Source: Candidatus Fokinia solitaria
Lineage (GTDB): Bacteria > Pseudomonadota > Alphaproteobacteria > Rickettsiales > Midichloriaceae
Direction of reading: 5' to 3'
Assembly: GCF_003072485.1 (NCBI RefSeq)
Contig: NZ_CP025989.1
Span: forward strand, 210,001 to 242,000
DNA: 32,000 bases
This document shows, piece by piece, positions 8,838-19,381 of this stretch. Made by a program: the position numbers and the translations under genes. Positions within the stretch are counted from its first letter, which is position 1, and every line of letters begins with the position of its first letter. The notes beneath the pieces were generated by a model. That model was given only the letters and a program-made list of their open reading frames with translations. It ran no database searches and was not told the DNA's origin.

Positions 8838-10274
8838 CTATTTGCGAGTGGTAGGCACTTTCCTAGGCTCGGAGGTAAATTCAGTTTTTATTTTATTAAA
8901 TACTTGCTTCAGATTACTGAATCCTTCCACTTCAATAGATGTACGCAATTCTGATTTCGCAACATTTACGAGATTTTCTTTCGGTATGATTGCTTTCTTG
9001 AAGCCTAATTTAGACGCTTCATTTAGTCTGTTATCGATATAAGAGATTGGACGTAATTCACCAAGTAATCCTATTTCTCCTATGAAAACGGTGTCACGCG
9101 TGATTAATATACCGTAATATGCGGATAATAAAGCTACCGCAACGGCTAAATCTATGCCTGTTTCGTTAATTTTCAATCCTCCTACGACATTGAGATATAC
9201 TTCTTTATCCATTAATTTGATACCTATTCTTGAATTTAGTATTGCTATTATCATACCGAGTCTAGGGCTATCCCAGCCGATAGATAATCTTCTCGGATTT
9301 GTGAAAAAAGACTGCGATGTAAGGGCTTGTATTTCTACGATAATACTGCGAGAGCCTTCATGGAAAGCTGCAATACATGAGCCCGCTACCCCTCCATCGT
9401 ATTGTTGTGTAACAAATAATTCAGATGGATTTTTGACTTCCATTAAGCCATCGTTTGACATTGTGAATATCCCTATATCATTTGTAGCACCGTATCGATT
9501 TTTGATAGATCTGATGATTCTATGTTGCTTCATGTTTTCTCCTTCAAATGACAGTACTACATCTACCATATGTTCTAGTAGTTTAGGCCCTGCTATTTGC
9601 CCGTCTTTTGTAACATGTCCTACTATAATGACTACATTTGAAAGCTGTTTTGCGAGTTTTATTAGTTCGAAAGCGCATGCTTTTACTTGACTCATACTAC
9701 CAGGCGTTGCACTGATCTCATCCAGGTATATCGTTTGTATAGAATCTACTATAAGAACGCAGCTTTTTTTATTACTGTTTACAGTGGCTATAATTTCTAG
9801 CAATGAAGTTGTAGTGAGTATTTTTATATCATCTCCTTCAATCTTTAGCCTTTGTGCGCGTATTTTTAGTTGATTAAGTGATTCTTCAGCGCTGATATAT
9901 ATACTCGGTATTCCCTTTAGCGCAAGTTTATTACAGAGTTGCAGCAAAAGTGTCGATTTTCCTATTCCTGGCTCGCCACTCAAGAGAATTGTGGATTGCG
10001 CAACTATTCCTCCTCCAAGTACTCTATTCAGTTCTTCAAATCCAGTATCATATCGTGATAGTAGTTCTGATGCTAAAGCAGTAAGTTCGTTCATTGCTAT
10101 TACTCTTCCTAAAACATCTTTTTTAGAAAGATTTTGAGAAAGTCCACTTATGTTCAGATCCGTTAACTCTTCTAGTATTGTATTCCAAGAGCCGCAGCCA
10201 TCGCATTTACCAACCCATTTAGCATACTGTGTACCGCATGTTTGGCATATGTAAGTGACTTTATTTTTCGACAT
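8838..10274 (-). CDS. radA: DNA repair protein RadA/Sms
   Basis: 478 aa. N-terminal C4 zinc finger CQTCGTQYAKWVGKCDGCGSWNT, Walker A GEPGIGKST, KNRYG motif, C-terminal Lon-protease-like domain. Confidence 0.92.
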   Translation of the reverse strand: MSKNKVTYICQTCGTQYAKWVGKCDGCGSWNTILEELTDLNISGLSQNLSKKDVLGRVIAMNELTALASELLSRYDTGFEELNRVLGGGIVAQSTILLSGEPGIGKSTLLLQLCNKLALKGIPSIYISAEESLNQLKIRAQRLKIEGDDIKILTTTSLLEIIATVNSNKKSCVLIVDSIQTIYLDEISATPGSMSQVKACAFELIKLAKQLSNVVIIVGHVTKDGQIAGPKLLEHMVDVVLSFEGENMKQHRIIRSIKNRYGATNDIGIFTMSNDGLMEVKNPSELFVTQQYDGGVAGSCIAAFHEGSRSIIVEIQALTSQSFFTNPRRLSIGWDSPRLGMIIAILNSRIGIKLMDKEVYLNVVGGLKINETGIDLAVAVALLSAYYGILITRDTVFIGEIGLLGELRPISYIDNRLNEASKLGFKKAIIPKENLVNVAKSELRTSIEVEGFSNLKQVFNKIKTEFTSEPRKVPTTRK

Positions 10275-10383
10275 TTTGCAGTGTTAATTTTCGGCCATTT
10301 TGCACCTGTTTGAAAAATATTTCCACTATACTATAGATGTTTTATCGCTTTATACTCTCTACTCAGCGGGAAATTTGTAAATT

Positions 10384-13300
10384 TCAAAATATTTTATCTC
10401 TGAAATTAAAAGTAAATTTAGGTCGATAATCTTTTCTGTGTATGACTGTAGTTATTGGAAGAAGAAGTATATCTATGAAAGTTTTAAGCATCATCTTTCC
10501 TTTAAATTCTATCTCATTTCTCTGTATATTAGCGTTTCCTTCTCCAATGATTGTGAACATATCACTTTCTATATTGCATCCGATCAAAGATATCTCATTC
10601 GCATTCAGTGCAGTAATATAGCACTTACTGTTCTGTATCCCAATTTGCTGCTGCATGGTGATAATCTTAACAATATTTATCATGCTAGGATATAAAGATA
10701 AAACGCGCAAAGCTGTATTTATCAATTTATTGTTATGGATATCGAGATTCGACACCTGTAGTACATTTTCATCTATGTATTGACTTTGTCCAATTGTTTT
10801 AAAATTTACATCAAGTATCACGTTACCTTTTTTAAATTGTTTAAGGCTAGGAACTTTTTTCACCAATGATGTAACATTTTGTAGACGGATTGATAATTTA
10901 TCATTTGCATAAGCAATTTCGTAACGTCCGGTATTGCCAGTGCTGTTTGTGAGACATGTAAATTTTGTATCTTTGTCATTATTGCCGCGAATGTAGCGCA
11001 GCATAGTATTGTAAAGTTCGATCCTTTCGCCAAGTAATATATTCTCTATATCAAGTAATACTGACATGGTGCGATTGTCTTTTTTACTGCTACGTAAGTT
11101 TAAAAGATCTGTAATAGTCAATCCTGAGAGATTAAGAGTGTTCTGTTTGACATCAATAGATATATTATCCTTACTCTTCTTTATTATCGTTTTTTCTTCC
11201 TTTGAAGTAGCATATGCGGGAGTGATGACAAAGATTTTCTCATCATCTTTATCTTCGATAGCGATGGTGCCATCATACGAAATTGCAGAACTATTTACTA
11301 AGAATTTATAAATACCGTTTAAATTATGCGTTACAATGCTAACATTAGCGATATTTACTGGATTATTGCTTCTATATATCGAAGCGTATTGGCATTTTAT
11401 ACTAGCTGATTTAAGTGCTATTTGATCGTCTATGCTTAGCGCAATTAAAGTGTTGAGTTTATTTCGTGGTACAATTTTTACGTCTTCAAAATACACTGGA
11501 CTATAAATCGACGAAAGAACGACAATTTCGTTCATGCCATTCGATTTTGTGAGTGGCATTTGCTTTACTGCTAGATCTTTTTTCTTAGCGAGTGCTTGTA
11601 CTTTTTCTTTGTATTCGGAAAAGCCAATATTGTTGTTCTTTCTTATTTTTTTTGCGTTTATCTCATAGTTAAGGAAAGCTTGATGTACGTCTTTCGCATT
11701 ACGAAATTCACCATACGCTTGAATGACATTTTCATGCCAAGAAAGTAGTACATTATCGAATTTAACGTTTAATCCTAATAACTGACGTATTTGGTGCGTA
11801 TACGAGGTCTCTTTTAACGATACATTATTTGCGTGTCCGTTTATTTTAAAAACAGGATTGTTGTCTTTTTTAAAAAGATCAAATTTTAGATTCATTAGAA
11901 ATGTTCCTCTCGTATTTTGCACATCAAAGTTATCGTCGATTATATCGATAATGCGTTCTACGGATTTTTGAGTGAAAAATGTCTTTATGACGTCTAAGTA
12001 CGAAATTATTTTACCTTCGGTGTAATACGTAATATCAGCAAAGTTATTGTCGGTACCGAACGTGATATCAGCTTGTCCACTTGATATATATAGCGGATTG
12101 CTTTTTGGCAATTTATGTTTCTCCAGTATTTTAGAGAAATCTGCATATGCGTTTTTAGCGTCTAAATGCACATTTGTTTCTTTATTGGAAAATTCTCCGC
12201 TGACAGCTACATTTTTTCCAAAGATTACTGGAAATTGTAGTGATAGTGGAGCGAATTTGGAATTAAGCGTATTTGCTTTCCACGAGAAATGCTTTACTTC
12301 ATCTTCTGCATATAAAAGTGTAAGTTCACTACCTTCTACTATGCTATCGAAAAATACATTTTCTTGTATAAATTTCTTTGTATTTTTCCCAAATTTCTGA
12401 GGCCAGTATGTGAAAAAGTCATTTCTTGAGATTGGAGAAGTATTTTTTATGGAGCAATTCAGTTGTGGTATTTTATGTTGATATTGTAAATTAAATTTAG
12501 CTGTTACTCCATTATCTGTAGAGATATTGCCATTATTGATATTGAGAGTCTTATTTTGTACGTCGAAATAACCGTGACCAGTAATGATGTCCAACGTTTG
12601 GCTATTATGAGAGAGGATATTTTTTATATATGCGTCGTGAAAATTAAATGATATTTCGAAAAGATGAAGAGCATTTTGATTGATGGAAATTTTGTACTCA
12701 GTTTCGAGAGGAGTGTGTTCTTTGGATAGCGCATATTTTGCGAGAGTGACGTTTATTGCGCTACTTACGTATTTACTGTTATTAAGTTGAGGTTCAATAA
12801 GCGCATTAAGTTTTGCTACATATTGCTGGGCATTATTAATAACTGTACCAACACTCTCTATATCGTATTTTTGATTACTTTTCTTTATGCTTAAAATGAA
12901 TTTTTCGAGGAATACTTGCTTATTTGTCTCGTACTGTAAGGTGATATTTTGCAACTCTATCTTTTGAGGCATTAACTCGAGTGATTTAGAAAGTATTTTG
13001 AAATTACTGTACTTGGAATCAGTAGTTTGTATGTATTGACTCAGTATAGGGAGAGTTTCCTTATCAAGCTTGCAGTCTGACATTGATATGGAATCAATCT
13101 TAAAAAATGACCATGGTAAAAGTGAGAGCGATACTTTTGTATTTGGCAATGTGTATTGAAAATGTGAAGTCGCTTTATCTGCGATAAAAGCAGCGCATTG
13201 AACTTCAACAGAAAATGGTAGATTTTTAAATCTAAGATCTACGTTTTGCAGTATTAGTTCTTTATCATGAGGTAACTTTGTGTATTTTGTTACAATGCTT

Positions 13301-13437
13301 TGTATTAATAGTTTTTGATGCTGTGTAAGTCGAATGTGTAGTAATGTGAGAAGCGATGTGAAAAGTACCATTAATAGCAATGCTATTGCGATACTCTTTA
13401 CTAGAATCCATATGTGATACGCAAAAGTTCTTCTCAT
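10384..13437 (-). CDS. Large inner-membrane-anchored AsmA-family (YhdP/DUF3971-like) protein
   Basis: 1017 aa with one N-terminal TM helix (WILVKSIAIALLLMVLFTSLLTLL) and a long Asn/Lys-rich, beta-looking body. The assignment rests on architecture and a weak C-terminal resemblance, not on strong motifs. A 12-nt gap to rsmG suggests co-transcription. Confidence 0.45.
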   Translation of the reverse strand: MRRTFAYHIWILVKSIAIALLLMVLFTSLLTLLHIRLTQHQKLLIQSIVTKYTKLPHDKELILQNVDLRFKNLPFSVEVQCAAFIADKATSHFQYTLPNTKVSLSLLPWSFFKIDSISMSDCKLDKETLPILSQYIQTTDSKYSNFKILSKSLELMPQKIELQNITLQYETNKQVFLEKFILSIKKSNQKYDIESVGTVINNAQQYVAKLNALIEPQLNNSKYVSSAINVTLAKYALSKEHTPLETEYKISINQNALHLFEISFNFHDAYIKNILSHNSQTLDIITGHGYFDVQNKTLNINNGNISTDNGVTAKFNLQYQHKIPQLNCSIKNTSPISRNDFFTYWPQKFGKNTKKFIQENVFFDSIVEGSELTLLYAEDEVKHFSWKANTLNSKFAPLSLQFPVIFGKNVAVSGEFSNKETNVHLDAKNAYADFSKILEKHKLPKSNPLYISSGQADITFGTDNNFADITYYTEGKIISYLDVIKTFFTQKSVERIIDIIDDNFDVQNTRGTFLMNLKFDLFKKDNNPVFKINGHANNVSLKETSYTHQIRQLLGLNVKFDNVLLSWHENVIQAYGEFRNAKDVHQAFLNYEINAKKIRKNNNIGFSEYKEKVQALAKKKDLAVKQMPLTKSNGMNEIVVLSSIYSPVYFEDVKIVPRNKLNTLIALSIDDQIALKSASIKCQYASIYRSNNPVNIANVSIVTHNLNGIYKFLVNSSAISYDGTIAIEDKDDEKIFVITPAYATSKEEKTIIKKSKDNISIDVKQNTLNLSGLTITDLLNLRSSKKDNRTMSVLLDIENILLGERIELYNTMLRYIRGNNDKDTKFTCLTNSTGNTGRYEIAYANDKLSIRLQNVTSLVKKVPSLKQFKKGNVILDVNFKTIGQSQYIDENVLQVSNLDIHNNKLINTALRVLSLYPSMINIVKIITMQQQIGIQNSKCYITALNANEISLIGCNIESDMFTIIGEGNANIQRNEIEFKGKMMLKTFIDILLLPITTVIHRKDYRPKFTFNFRDKIF

Positions 13438-13449
13438 AGAAAAAGTTAC

Positions 13450-14085
13450 CTATTTTGAAGAAATGTTTTTCAATATCAGTATTGTAGATCTTGCATCATA
13501 AGCGCTATGGATGATACTGCTTTGAAATGTAAACTTTTCAGAAGCTTCATCGATTTCATTTGCTACATTTTCTCCTTTTAATAGAAAAATCTCTATGTTT
13601 GAAAGTTCGAAGCTTTCCATGCATATACTTATTAATTTCTTCACTCTTGAGAATGCTGATGCTGTGATTATGATACGATTGTCTTCATTTGTGCAAACCT
13701 GCATTGTATCTATCTCCTCTATTCTACTATTAATAATCTTAGCATCTAAATGCAACTTTGATACTATCAATGTCAAAAATGCACACTTTTTAATATTAGA
13801 ATCTACCATTATCACTCTAGTGCCAAGAATACCTAATATAATACCAGGTAATCCGTTACCGCTTCCAATATCCAGTATTGTAGAACATTTAGGATGAGAT
13901 TGTAATATAGTGAGATATAATTCTACCGAACGCATTACATATCTCAGAAGTTTATTGAGTGGTAATTTTGAAGAATATAGGTTAACGCAGCTATTTACTT
14001 GTCGCATTATGGTAAGATACTGCATCGCCTGCTCATAAGAGTTGATGCGTATGCTATTCATCAAATCTATATCTGCTGCTTTCAT
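13450..14085 (-). CDS. rsmG: 16S rRNA (guanine527-N7)-methyltransferase RsmG (GidB)
   Basis: 211 aa. SAM-binding motif ILDIGSGNGLPGIILGIL followed by VIMVDSNIKKCAFL, typical of RsmG. Confidence 0.85.
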   Translation of the reverse strand: MKAADIDLMNSIRINSYEQAMQYLTIMRQVNSCVNLYSSKLPLNKLLRYVMRSVELYLTILQSHPKCSTILDIGSGNGLPGIILGILGTRVIMVDSNIKKCAFLTLIVSKLHLDAKIINSRIEEIDTMQVCTNEDNRIIITASAFSRVKKLISICMESFELSNIEIFLLKGENVANEIDEASEKFTFQSSIIHSAYDARSTILILKNISSK

Positions 14086-14144
14086 GCAGGTGTTATATTA
14101 AAAGATACCGATACTGATGAATGAAATTCTAACAGAAAGTACAA

Positions 14145-14969
14145 TTGACAACTAGTAATTTTTACGCTGTAATCCTCGGTGATTTTATTAGTGTAGAGAA
14201 TGCTGATCGTATGCAAGCAGTAGGCGCTTTTTTTGCTCATATTGGAAGATTACCTTCTTTCATCCTTTGCGCAATTGGAATGATGTTCACGAAGAGGATT
14301 TCGATTGTGATGTTGAGAAGCTGTATCTTGGAATTTGGCTTCTTCTCCTTACCTATCATCAGTTTGACTGCTGCATTTACAGGTGCTGTTTTGGCGCTAC
14401 AAAGCTATGCTGGCTTATCATCGATGAATCCGGAAATGCTGCTTAGTACCATGATTGTTGTGTCGATTACTAGAGAATTAGGACCTGTGCTGAGTAGTTT
14501 GATGTTTACGGGGCGAGTAGGGGCTAAGATAGCAGCGGAGATCTCAAGCATGAAGAATAGCGAACAAATAGATGCAATATATACGTTAGGCGTAGATCCG
14601 ATTCGATATCTTGCTATACCACGGATAGTGAGTGGAATGATTTGCATGCCGTTTCTTGTAGTAGTTGCTGATGCAATAGGAATAATAGGAGGAGGAGTCG
14701 TAAGTGTGCTGATTCTTGATTTCAATTATGAGACATACGTTAACAGCTCAATGAATGCACTGAAGTTTGTAGACTTCAGTTCTGGACTCATTAAAGCGGT
14801 ATTTTTCGGACTGATAAGTACTTCTGTATCTTTTTATCAAGGGTTTAATTCTGATTACAGCGCTTCAGGTATAGGAAAAGCTACTACCGAAGCAGTAGTG
14901 TGGTCTTCGGTATTAATCATGTTTGCAAATTATATTTTAACAAACATAATGTTCAACGCTGCTGTATAA
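14145..14969 (+). CDS. mlaE: MlaE-family ABC transporter permease (phospholipid/lipid asymmetry system)
   Basis: ITRELGPVLSSLMFTGRVGAKIAAEISSMKNSEQIDAIYTLGVDPIRYLAIPRI is the MlaE/Ttg2B signature region, with multiple TM segments. The ORF-track start is a TTG; the in-frame ATG at 14211 (MQAVGAFF...) is an equally plausible start. No mlaF or mlaD is adjacent. Confidence 0.85.
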   Translation: MTTSNFYAVILGDFISVENADRMQAVGAFFAHIGRLPSFILCAIGMMFTKRISIVMLRSCILEFGFFSLPIISLTAAFTGAVLALQSYAGLSSMNPEMLLSTMIVVSITRELGPVLSSLMFTGRVGAKIAAEISSMKNSEQIDAIYTLGVDPIRYLAIPRIVSGMICMPFLVVVADAIGIIGGGVVSVLILDFNYETYVNSSMNALKFVDFSSGLIKAVFFGLISTSVSFYQGFNSDYSASGIGKATTEAVVWSSVLIMFANYILTNIMFNAAV

Positions 14970-14985
14970 TCGATAAAGAAAAATC

Positions 14986-16716
14986 ATGTCTCCTTCTTAT
15001 GTAAAAGAAGCAAGTCAGTCTAATAGTTGGGTATTTAAGGAGTCATTTGGTCTACTAAAACACATTGGCAATAGTATTCCTTCAAAAGGATTTGTGCTTT
15101 TTTCAACAGGATATGGTCCATCCGGTTTGCCGCATATAGGTACCTTTGGAGAGGTAGTGCGTACTGTGATGGTACAAGAGGCTTTTAAGAGGATTACGAA
15201 TTTTCCTACGAAATTAATCTGTTTTTCAGATGATAAAGATGCGATGAGAAAAGTACCTGATTTCATCTCCAATATAGAAGAATATCAGAAGTATATAGGG
15301 TTGCCGCTAAGTAATGTGCCTGATCCATTTGGTAAAGAAGCGAGCTATGCAATGGCGATGAATAAAAAATTATGTAAATTTTTGGACGATTTTGGCTTTC
15401 AATACCATTTTATGAGTGCTACAGAATGCTATCGAAGTGGAATGCTAAATAGTGGAATAGTAACTCTACTTCAACGTCATCAAAAAGTGCTAGATCTAAT
15501 GTTACCTACTCTTGGTGAGGAAAGAAAAAAAACGTATAGTCCATTTCTTCCAATATGCAAACGTACCGGCGTGGTGTTACAAGTAAAAATAGAGAAAATA
15601 GACGTAGAAAAAAATACTGTCAGTTATGTAGATCCATTAACTAACGAGATGGTAGAAGTATCAGTTTTAAATGGAGATTGTAAAGTGCAATGGAAGCTTG
15701 ATTTAGCATTGAGATGGAAGGTATTGCAGGTGGATTTTGAGATGTATGGTAAAGATCATCTTGTCAATGGTGCGATATATTCTAAAGGATGTAAGATTAT
15801 TGACGGCATTCCTCCGCGACAGATGTATTATGAACTATTTTTAGATGAAAATGGCGAAAAAATATCAAAAACGAAGGCAAATGGTATTACGGTAGAGCAG
15901 TGGTTAAAATACGGACCTACTGATTCTCTCGCTTATCTGATGTATGTATCTCCTACTTCTGCAAAAAGAATCTCTCTCGGATTAATTGTAAAGTACATAG
16001 ATGAGTATATTAGAGATCTTGGAAAGTACTTTGAGCTTTTAAGAAAAATTGAAAAAGCTAATGATTCTGAAAAAAGTGAGTATGTGAAACTTCTCTTTAT
16101 GAATCCCGTTTTTTACGTGGAGCTTTCAAAGCAAGACGATATACATTTTGGCAAGATAGATAGTTGCCTTGATTGCTTGAAGAGGTACGTGACGAGTGAT
16201 ATTGAAGCTTCCGTGATGTTAAGTTTCTTTGAAGCAAAGATCGATTACTCTATGATTCTCAATTTAATTGATGCATTTCGTTCTTCTTCATATGAGATGA
16301 TTTGCGCTTATGTATTGAAGTACATAATGAAGCATAATCCATCCATCGCTACAAATGTGAATATGCCGCATATGATTGTGCTACTTATAAAAAAAGCACT
16401 CAACTTTTATGAAGATGTATATAAAGTAAATAAGCAATATAGGCAGCCTAGCAGTATTGAAAAAGATGCAATGCTTATATTATGTGGTAAGTTTGAGCAG
16501 ATGATTGATACGGATTTCACTGAAAGTGACATTCAGAATGCGATATACGATTCTGCGAAGATGATGAGTATACTGCCACAGACTTTTTTCGTTGGACTAT
16601 ATGAGACCTTATTAGGTACTGATAGAGGGCCAAGATTAGGTTCTTTCTTTTATATATACGGATTGAGTAATGCAATAAATTTAATAAAGAAATGCTGCGC
16701 TTCAACAGAGCAATGA
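14986..16716 (+). CDS. lysS: Lysine--tRNA ligase, class I type
   Basis: 576 aa. GYGPSGLPHIGTFGEV (HIGH-type motif) and GEKISKTKANG (KMSKS-type), with the overall class I LysRS pattern seen in Rickettsiales, spirochetes and archaea. Confidence 0.88.
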   Translation: MSPSYVKEASQSNSWVFKESFGLLKHIGNSIPSKGFVLFSTGYGPSGLPHIGTFGEVVRTVMVQEAFKRITNFPTKLICFSDDKDAMRKVPDFISNIEEYQKYIGLPLSNVPDPFGKEASYAMAMNKKLCKFLDDFGFQYHFMSATECYRSGMLNSGIVTLLQRHQKVLDLMLPTLGEERKKTYSPFLPICKRTGVVLQVKIEKIDVEKNTVSYVDPLTNEMVEVSVLNGDCKVQWKLDLALRWKVLQVDFEMYGKDHLVNGAIYSKGCKIIDGIPPRQMYYELFLDENGEKISKTKANGITVEQWLKYGPTDSLAYLMYVSPTSAKRISLGLIVKYIDEYIRDLGKYFELLRKIEKANDSEKSEYVKLLFMNPVFYVELSKQDDIHFGKIDSCLDCLKRYVTSDIEASVMLSFFEAKIDYSMILNLIDAFRSSSYEMICAYVLKYIMKHNPSIATNVNMPHMIVLLIKKALNFYEDVYKVNKQYRQPSSIEKDAMLILCGKFEQMIDTDFTESDIQNAIYDSAKMMSILPQTFFVGLYETLLGTDRGPRLGSFFYIYGLSNAINLIKKCCASTEQ

Positions 16717-16727
16717 TATCATTTGGA

Positions 16728-19277
16728 TTAATTTTTGATTATAAAATTTAAGATCTTATTTTTTATAAAAATTACTTTCTGTATTTCTCCTTTGATGTAT
16801 TTTAAAATTCCATGAGAGAATTTAGCTTGTTGTTCTACTTCCTCTTGAGAGCAGTCTAACTTCATTTCAAGAATATCTCTTGTTTTTCCATTTATCTGTA
16901 TAGCTATCTTAGCCGTTTGACTTTGCGAGTACTGTATATCATATTTCGGCCACTCCATTTCTGAGAGAGAGTGTGCTGAATTAGTGATTGTACGCAATAT
17001 CTGATTACATTCTTCTGTAATATGAGGTGCAATTGGATGCAGTAGTCTAATTATTAACCATAAAGTCGCAGCTTTTAATTTTCTTTTTTCTGTAATTAGT
17101 ACGGTATTAGAAAGTTCTCGTATGAAGGCGATTACTTTATGAAAGGAATGTCTTTCATAGCTTTCAGTGACAAGACGAATTGTTGTATGAATACGTCGAA
17201 ACATATCAAGATCGTGACTCGAATCTTCTATATCCAATTCTGCATATCTCATATGTGAATTTTCGTTTAGTGCGTATTCTATGTTCTGAGTGCTGATATT
17301 AATGATTTCGCGGTATATCTTATTGAGATACTTACGTGTACCGTCGATACCTATATGTGACCATTCAATGTCCTTATCCGGGGGAGAATCGGACAGCATA
17401 AACATTCTAACAGCGTCAGCGCCAAACTCTTCAATAGCATCATTTGCATCAATGCCATTCAGCTTTGATTTACTCATCTTCTCCACACCGACAAAATGAA
17501 CTTCTTGTCCATTTCTACAATCTATGTATTTTCCTGTTTCACTTACTTTTTGTACATATTTGATATCTACCCATCTTTTTGCCGCATCTTTATATGCAGC
17601 ATGGCATACCATACCTTGATTTAACAAGGCGATGAACGGTTCTTGAAATTTTATATAACCTAATTGATGTAATGCTTTTGTAAAAAATCTTGAATATATC
17701 AAGTGCATTACTGCATGTTCAGCGCCACCTACGTATTGATCTACCGGAAGCCAGCGAGCAAGTTGATTATGTATTGTCTCATCTTTCCATCTTTTAAATG
17801 GCACATTAGGTAGTATAAATTTTAAAAAATACCATGAAGACTCAACAAACGTATCCAGTGTATCAGTTTCTCTTGTAGCATCGGAATTACAAATGTGGCA
17901 TTTGGTATGTAGCCACTCTGATTTACATAAGTTCTTATCTTTCGGAAGTAATATTGGTAATGATTCTTCATTTGCCGCTATTGTGCCGCACTTTGGACAA
18001 TATATTATTGGTATAGGACATCCCCAATATCTTTGTCTAGAGATACTCCAATCTCTCAATCTAAAATTGACTGCACGATTTCCTATTTTATTATCTTCCA
18101 GATATTTGACAATTGTACTCCTTGCTTCTTCAAGTGAAAGTCCAGTTAAAAAATCTGAATTGACTACTGTTTCGTCTTGTATTACCGAGACGATGCGAAA
18201 ATTATGTATTTTGGCAATTTCAAAGTCTCTTTCATCGTGAGCAGGGCATCCGAAAACAGCATTTGTACCGTATCCATCTATGATGTAATTTACAATGATT
18301 AATGGTATTTTCCCATTATGGATAGGATGTAAAAAATAGAGATCGGTAGTAATACCAGCTTTTTCCTTAGTAGCGTTTTCTGCTTCTATAGTACTGGATT
18401 TTTGCCACTCTTCAAGCATTGCACAGATTTGTGCATCGTTTTGTGCAAGCTTTTTTGCTATAGGATGAGAAGGGCCGATTGCAATGAATGTACAGCCGAA
18501 AATAGTTTCCGGCCTTGTTGTGAAAACGGTTATACTATCTAAATCTTTGTTAGTGACTGTATCTGAAGAAATGTGAAATACTATCTCGGCCCCTTCTGAT
18601 CTTCCAATCCATTTCTCTTGCATCGATTTAATTCGAAGCGGCCATTGATTAAGAGATTTAAGAGAGTGTAATAAATCTTCTGCGAAATTTGTGATCTTAA
18701 AAAACCACTGCGTAAGCATTCTTTTCTCGATAGTAGCGCCAGATCTCCAACCTTTACCATCTATTACTTGTTCATTTGCTAATACTGTTTTATCTATAGG
18801 ATCCCAATTTACTTCACTTTCCTTTTGATATAAAAGTCCATGCTTTAGCATTTCTATAAAGATGTACTGCTGATCTGCGCAATAATCTGAAGAGCATGTC
18901 ATAATTTCTCTACTCCAATCATAAGAAAAACCGCATTTTTCAAGCTGTTTCTTCATTACTTCTATGTTGTCCAATGTCCATTCTTTTGGATGTACATTAT
19001 GCTCTATCGCTGCATTCTCAGCAGGTAATCCAAACGCATCCCACCCTACAGGATGCAGAACGTTATATCCAAATGCGCGTTTAAATCGCGCAATTGCATC
19101 AGATATAGAATAATTTCGTATATGTCCTACATGCAGTTTTCCGGAAGGGTACGGAAACATCGAAAGTATATAGTATTTTTCTTTATTTGTTTCAGTATTT
19201 AGTACTGTGAAAATCTCATTTTCCTTCCAATACTTTTGCCATTTATCGGCAATTTCAGAATGATTGTAGCGTGGCAT
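16728..19277 (-). CDS. leuS: Leucine--tRNA ligase
   Basis: 849 aa. PYPSGKLHVGHIRNY (HIGH), KMSKSK, GWDAFGLPAENAA, and the typical bacterial LeuRS N-terminus YWKENEIF. Confidence 0.95.
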   Translation of the reverse strand: MPRYNHSEIADKWQKYWKENEIFTVLNTETNKEKYYILSMFPYPSGKLHVGHIRNYSISDAIARFKRAFGYNVLHPVGWDAFGLPAENAAIEHNVHPKEWTLDNIEVMKKQLEKCGFSYDWSREIMTCSSDYCADQQYIFIEMLKHGLLYQKESEVNWDPIDKTVLANEQVIDGKGWRSGATIEKRMLTQWFFKITNFAEDLLHSLKSLNQWPLRIKSMQEKWIGRSEGAEIVFHISSDTVTNKDLDSITVFTTRPETIFGCTFIAIGPSHPIAKKLAQNDAQICAMLEEWQKSSTIEAENATKEKAGITTDLYFLHPIHNGKIPLIIVNYIIDGYGTNAVFGCPAHDERDFEIAKIHNFRIVSVIQDETVVNSDFLTGLSLEEARSTIVKYLEDNKIGNRAVNFRLRDWSISRQRYWGCPIPIIYCPKCGTIAANEESLPILLPKDKNLCKSEWLHTKCHICNSDATRETDTLDTFVESSWYFLKFILPNVPFKRWKDETIHNQLARWLPVDQYVGGAEHAVMHLIYSRFFTKALHQLGYIKFQEPFIALLNQGMVCHAAYKDAAKRWVDIKYVQKVSETGKYIDCRNGQEVHFVGVEKMSKSKLNGIDANDAIEEFGADAVRMFMLSDSPPDKDIEWSHIGIDGTRKYLNKIYREIINISTQNIEYALNENSHMRYAELDIEDSSHDLDMFRRIHTTIRLVTESYERHSFHKVIAFIRELSNTVLITEKRKLKAATLWLIIRLLHPIAPHITEECNQILRTITNSAHSLSEMEWPKYDIQYSQSQTAKIAIQINGKTRDILEMKLDCSQEEVEQQAKFSHGILKYIKGEIQKVIFIKNKILNFIIKN

Positions 19278-19381
19278 AATTACTTATAAAACGTCGTATA
19301 TGACGTATGTGAACAATAATAACAATAACTTGCTGTCGCGCAACAATTCTTGCGAAATTTATGCGCGCAAAGCACGTATTT

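Noticed and set aside
9154-9690. Antisense ORFs nested inside larger genes. Examples: 1940-2254, 2656-2874, 3769-4005, 7014-7268, 9154-9690, 12047-12400, 13595-13897, 14405-14725, 17893-18240, 20199-20549, 23570-23890, 25828-26274, 29884-30231.
   Set aside because: Each lies fully inside a long ORF with strong family motifs on the other strand. Their translations are low-complexity, Ile/Leu/Ser/Phe-rich and lack recognisable motifs. These are typical shadow ORFs of AT-rich coding DNA.
19337-19370. GC-rich mini-palindromes in the lpd-like/leuS spacer. CGCGCAA occurs twice with TTGCG between, so alternative 5-bp hairpins are possible.
   Set aside because: The stems are only 5 bp with no adjacent U-tract or leader peptide. 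This is too little structure to call an attenuator or riboswitch.
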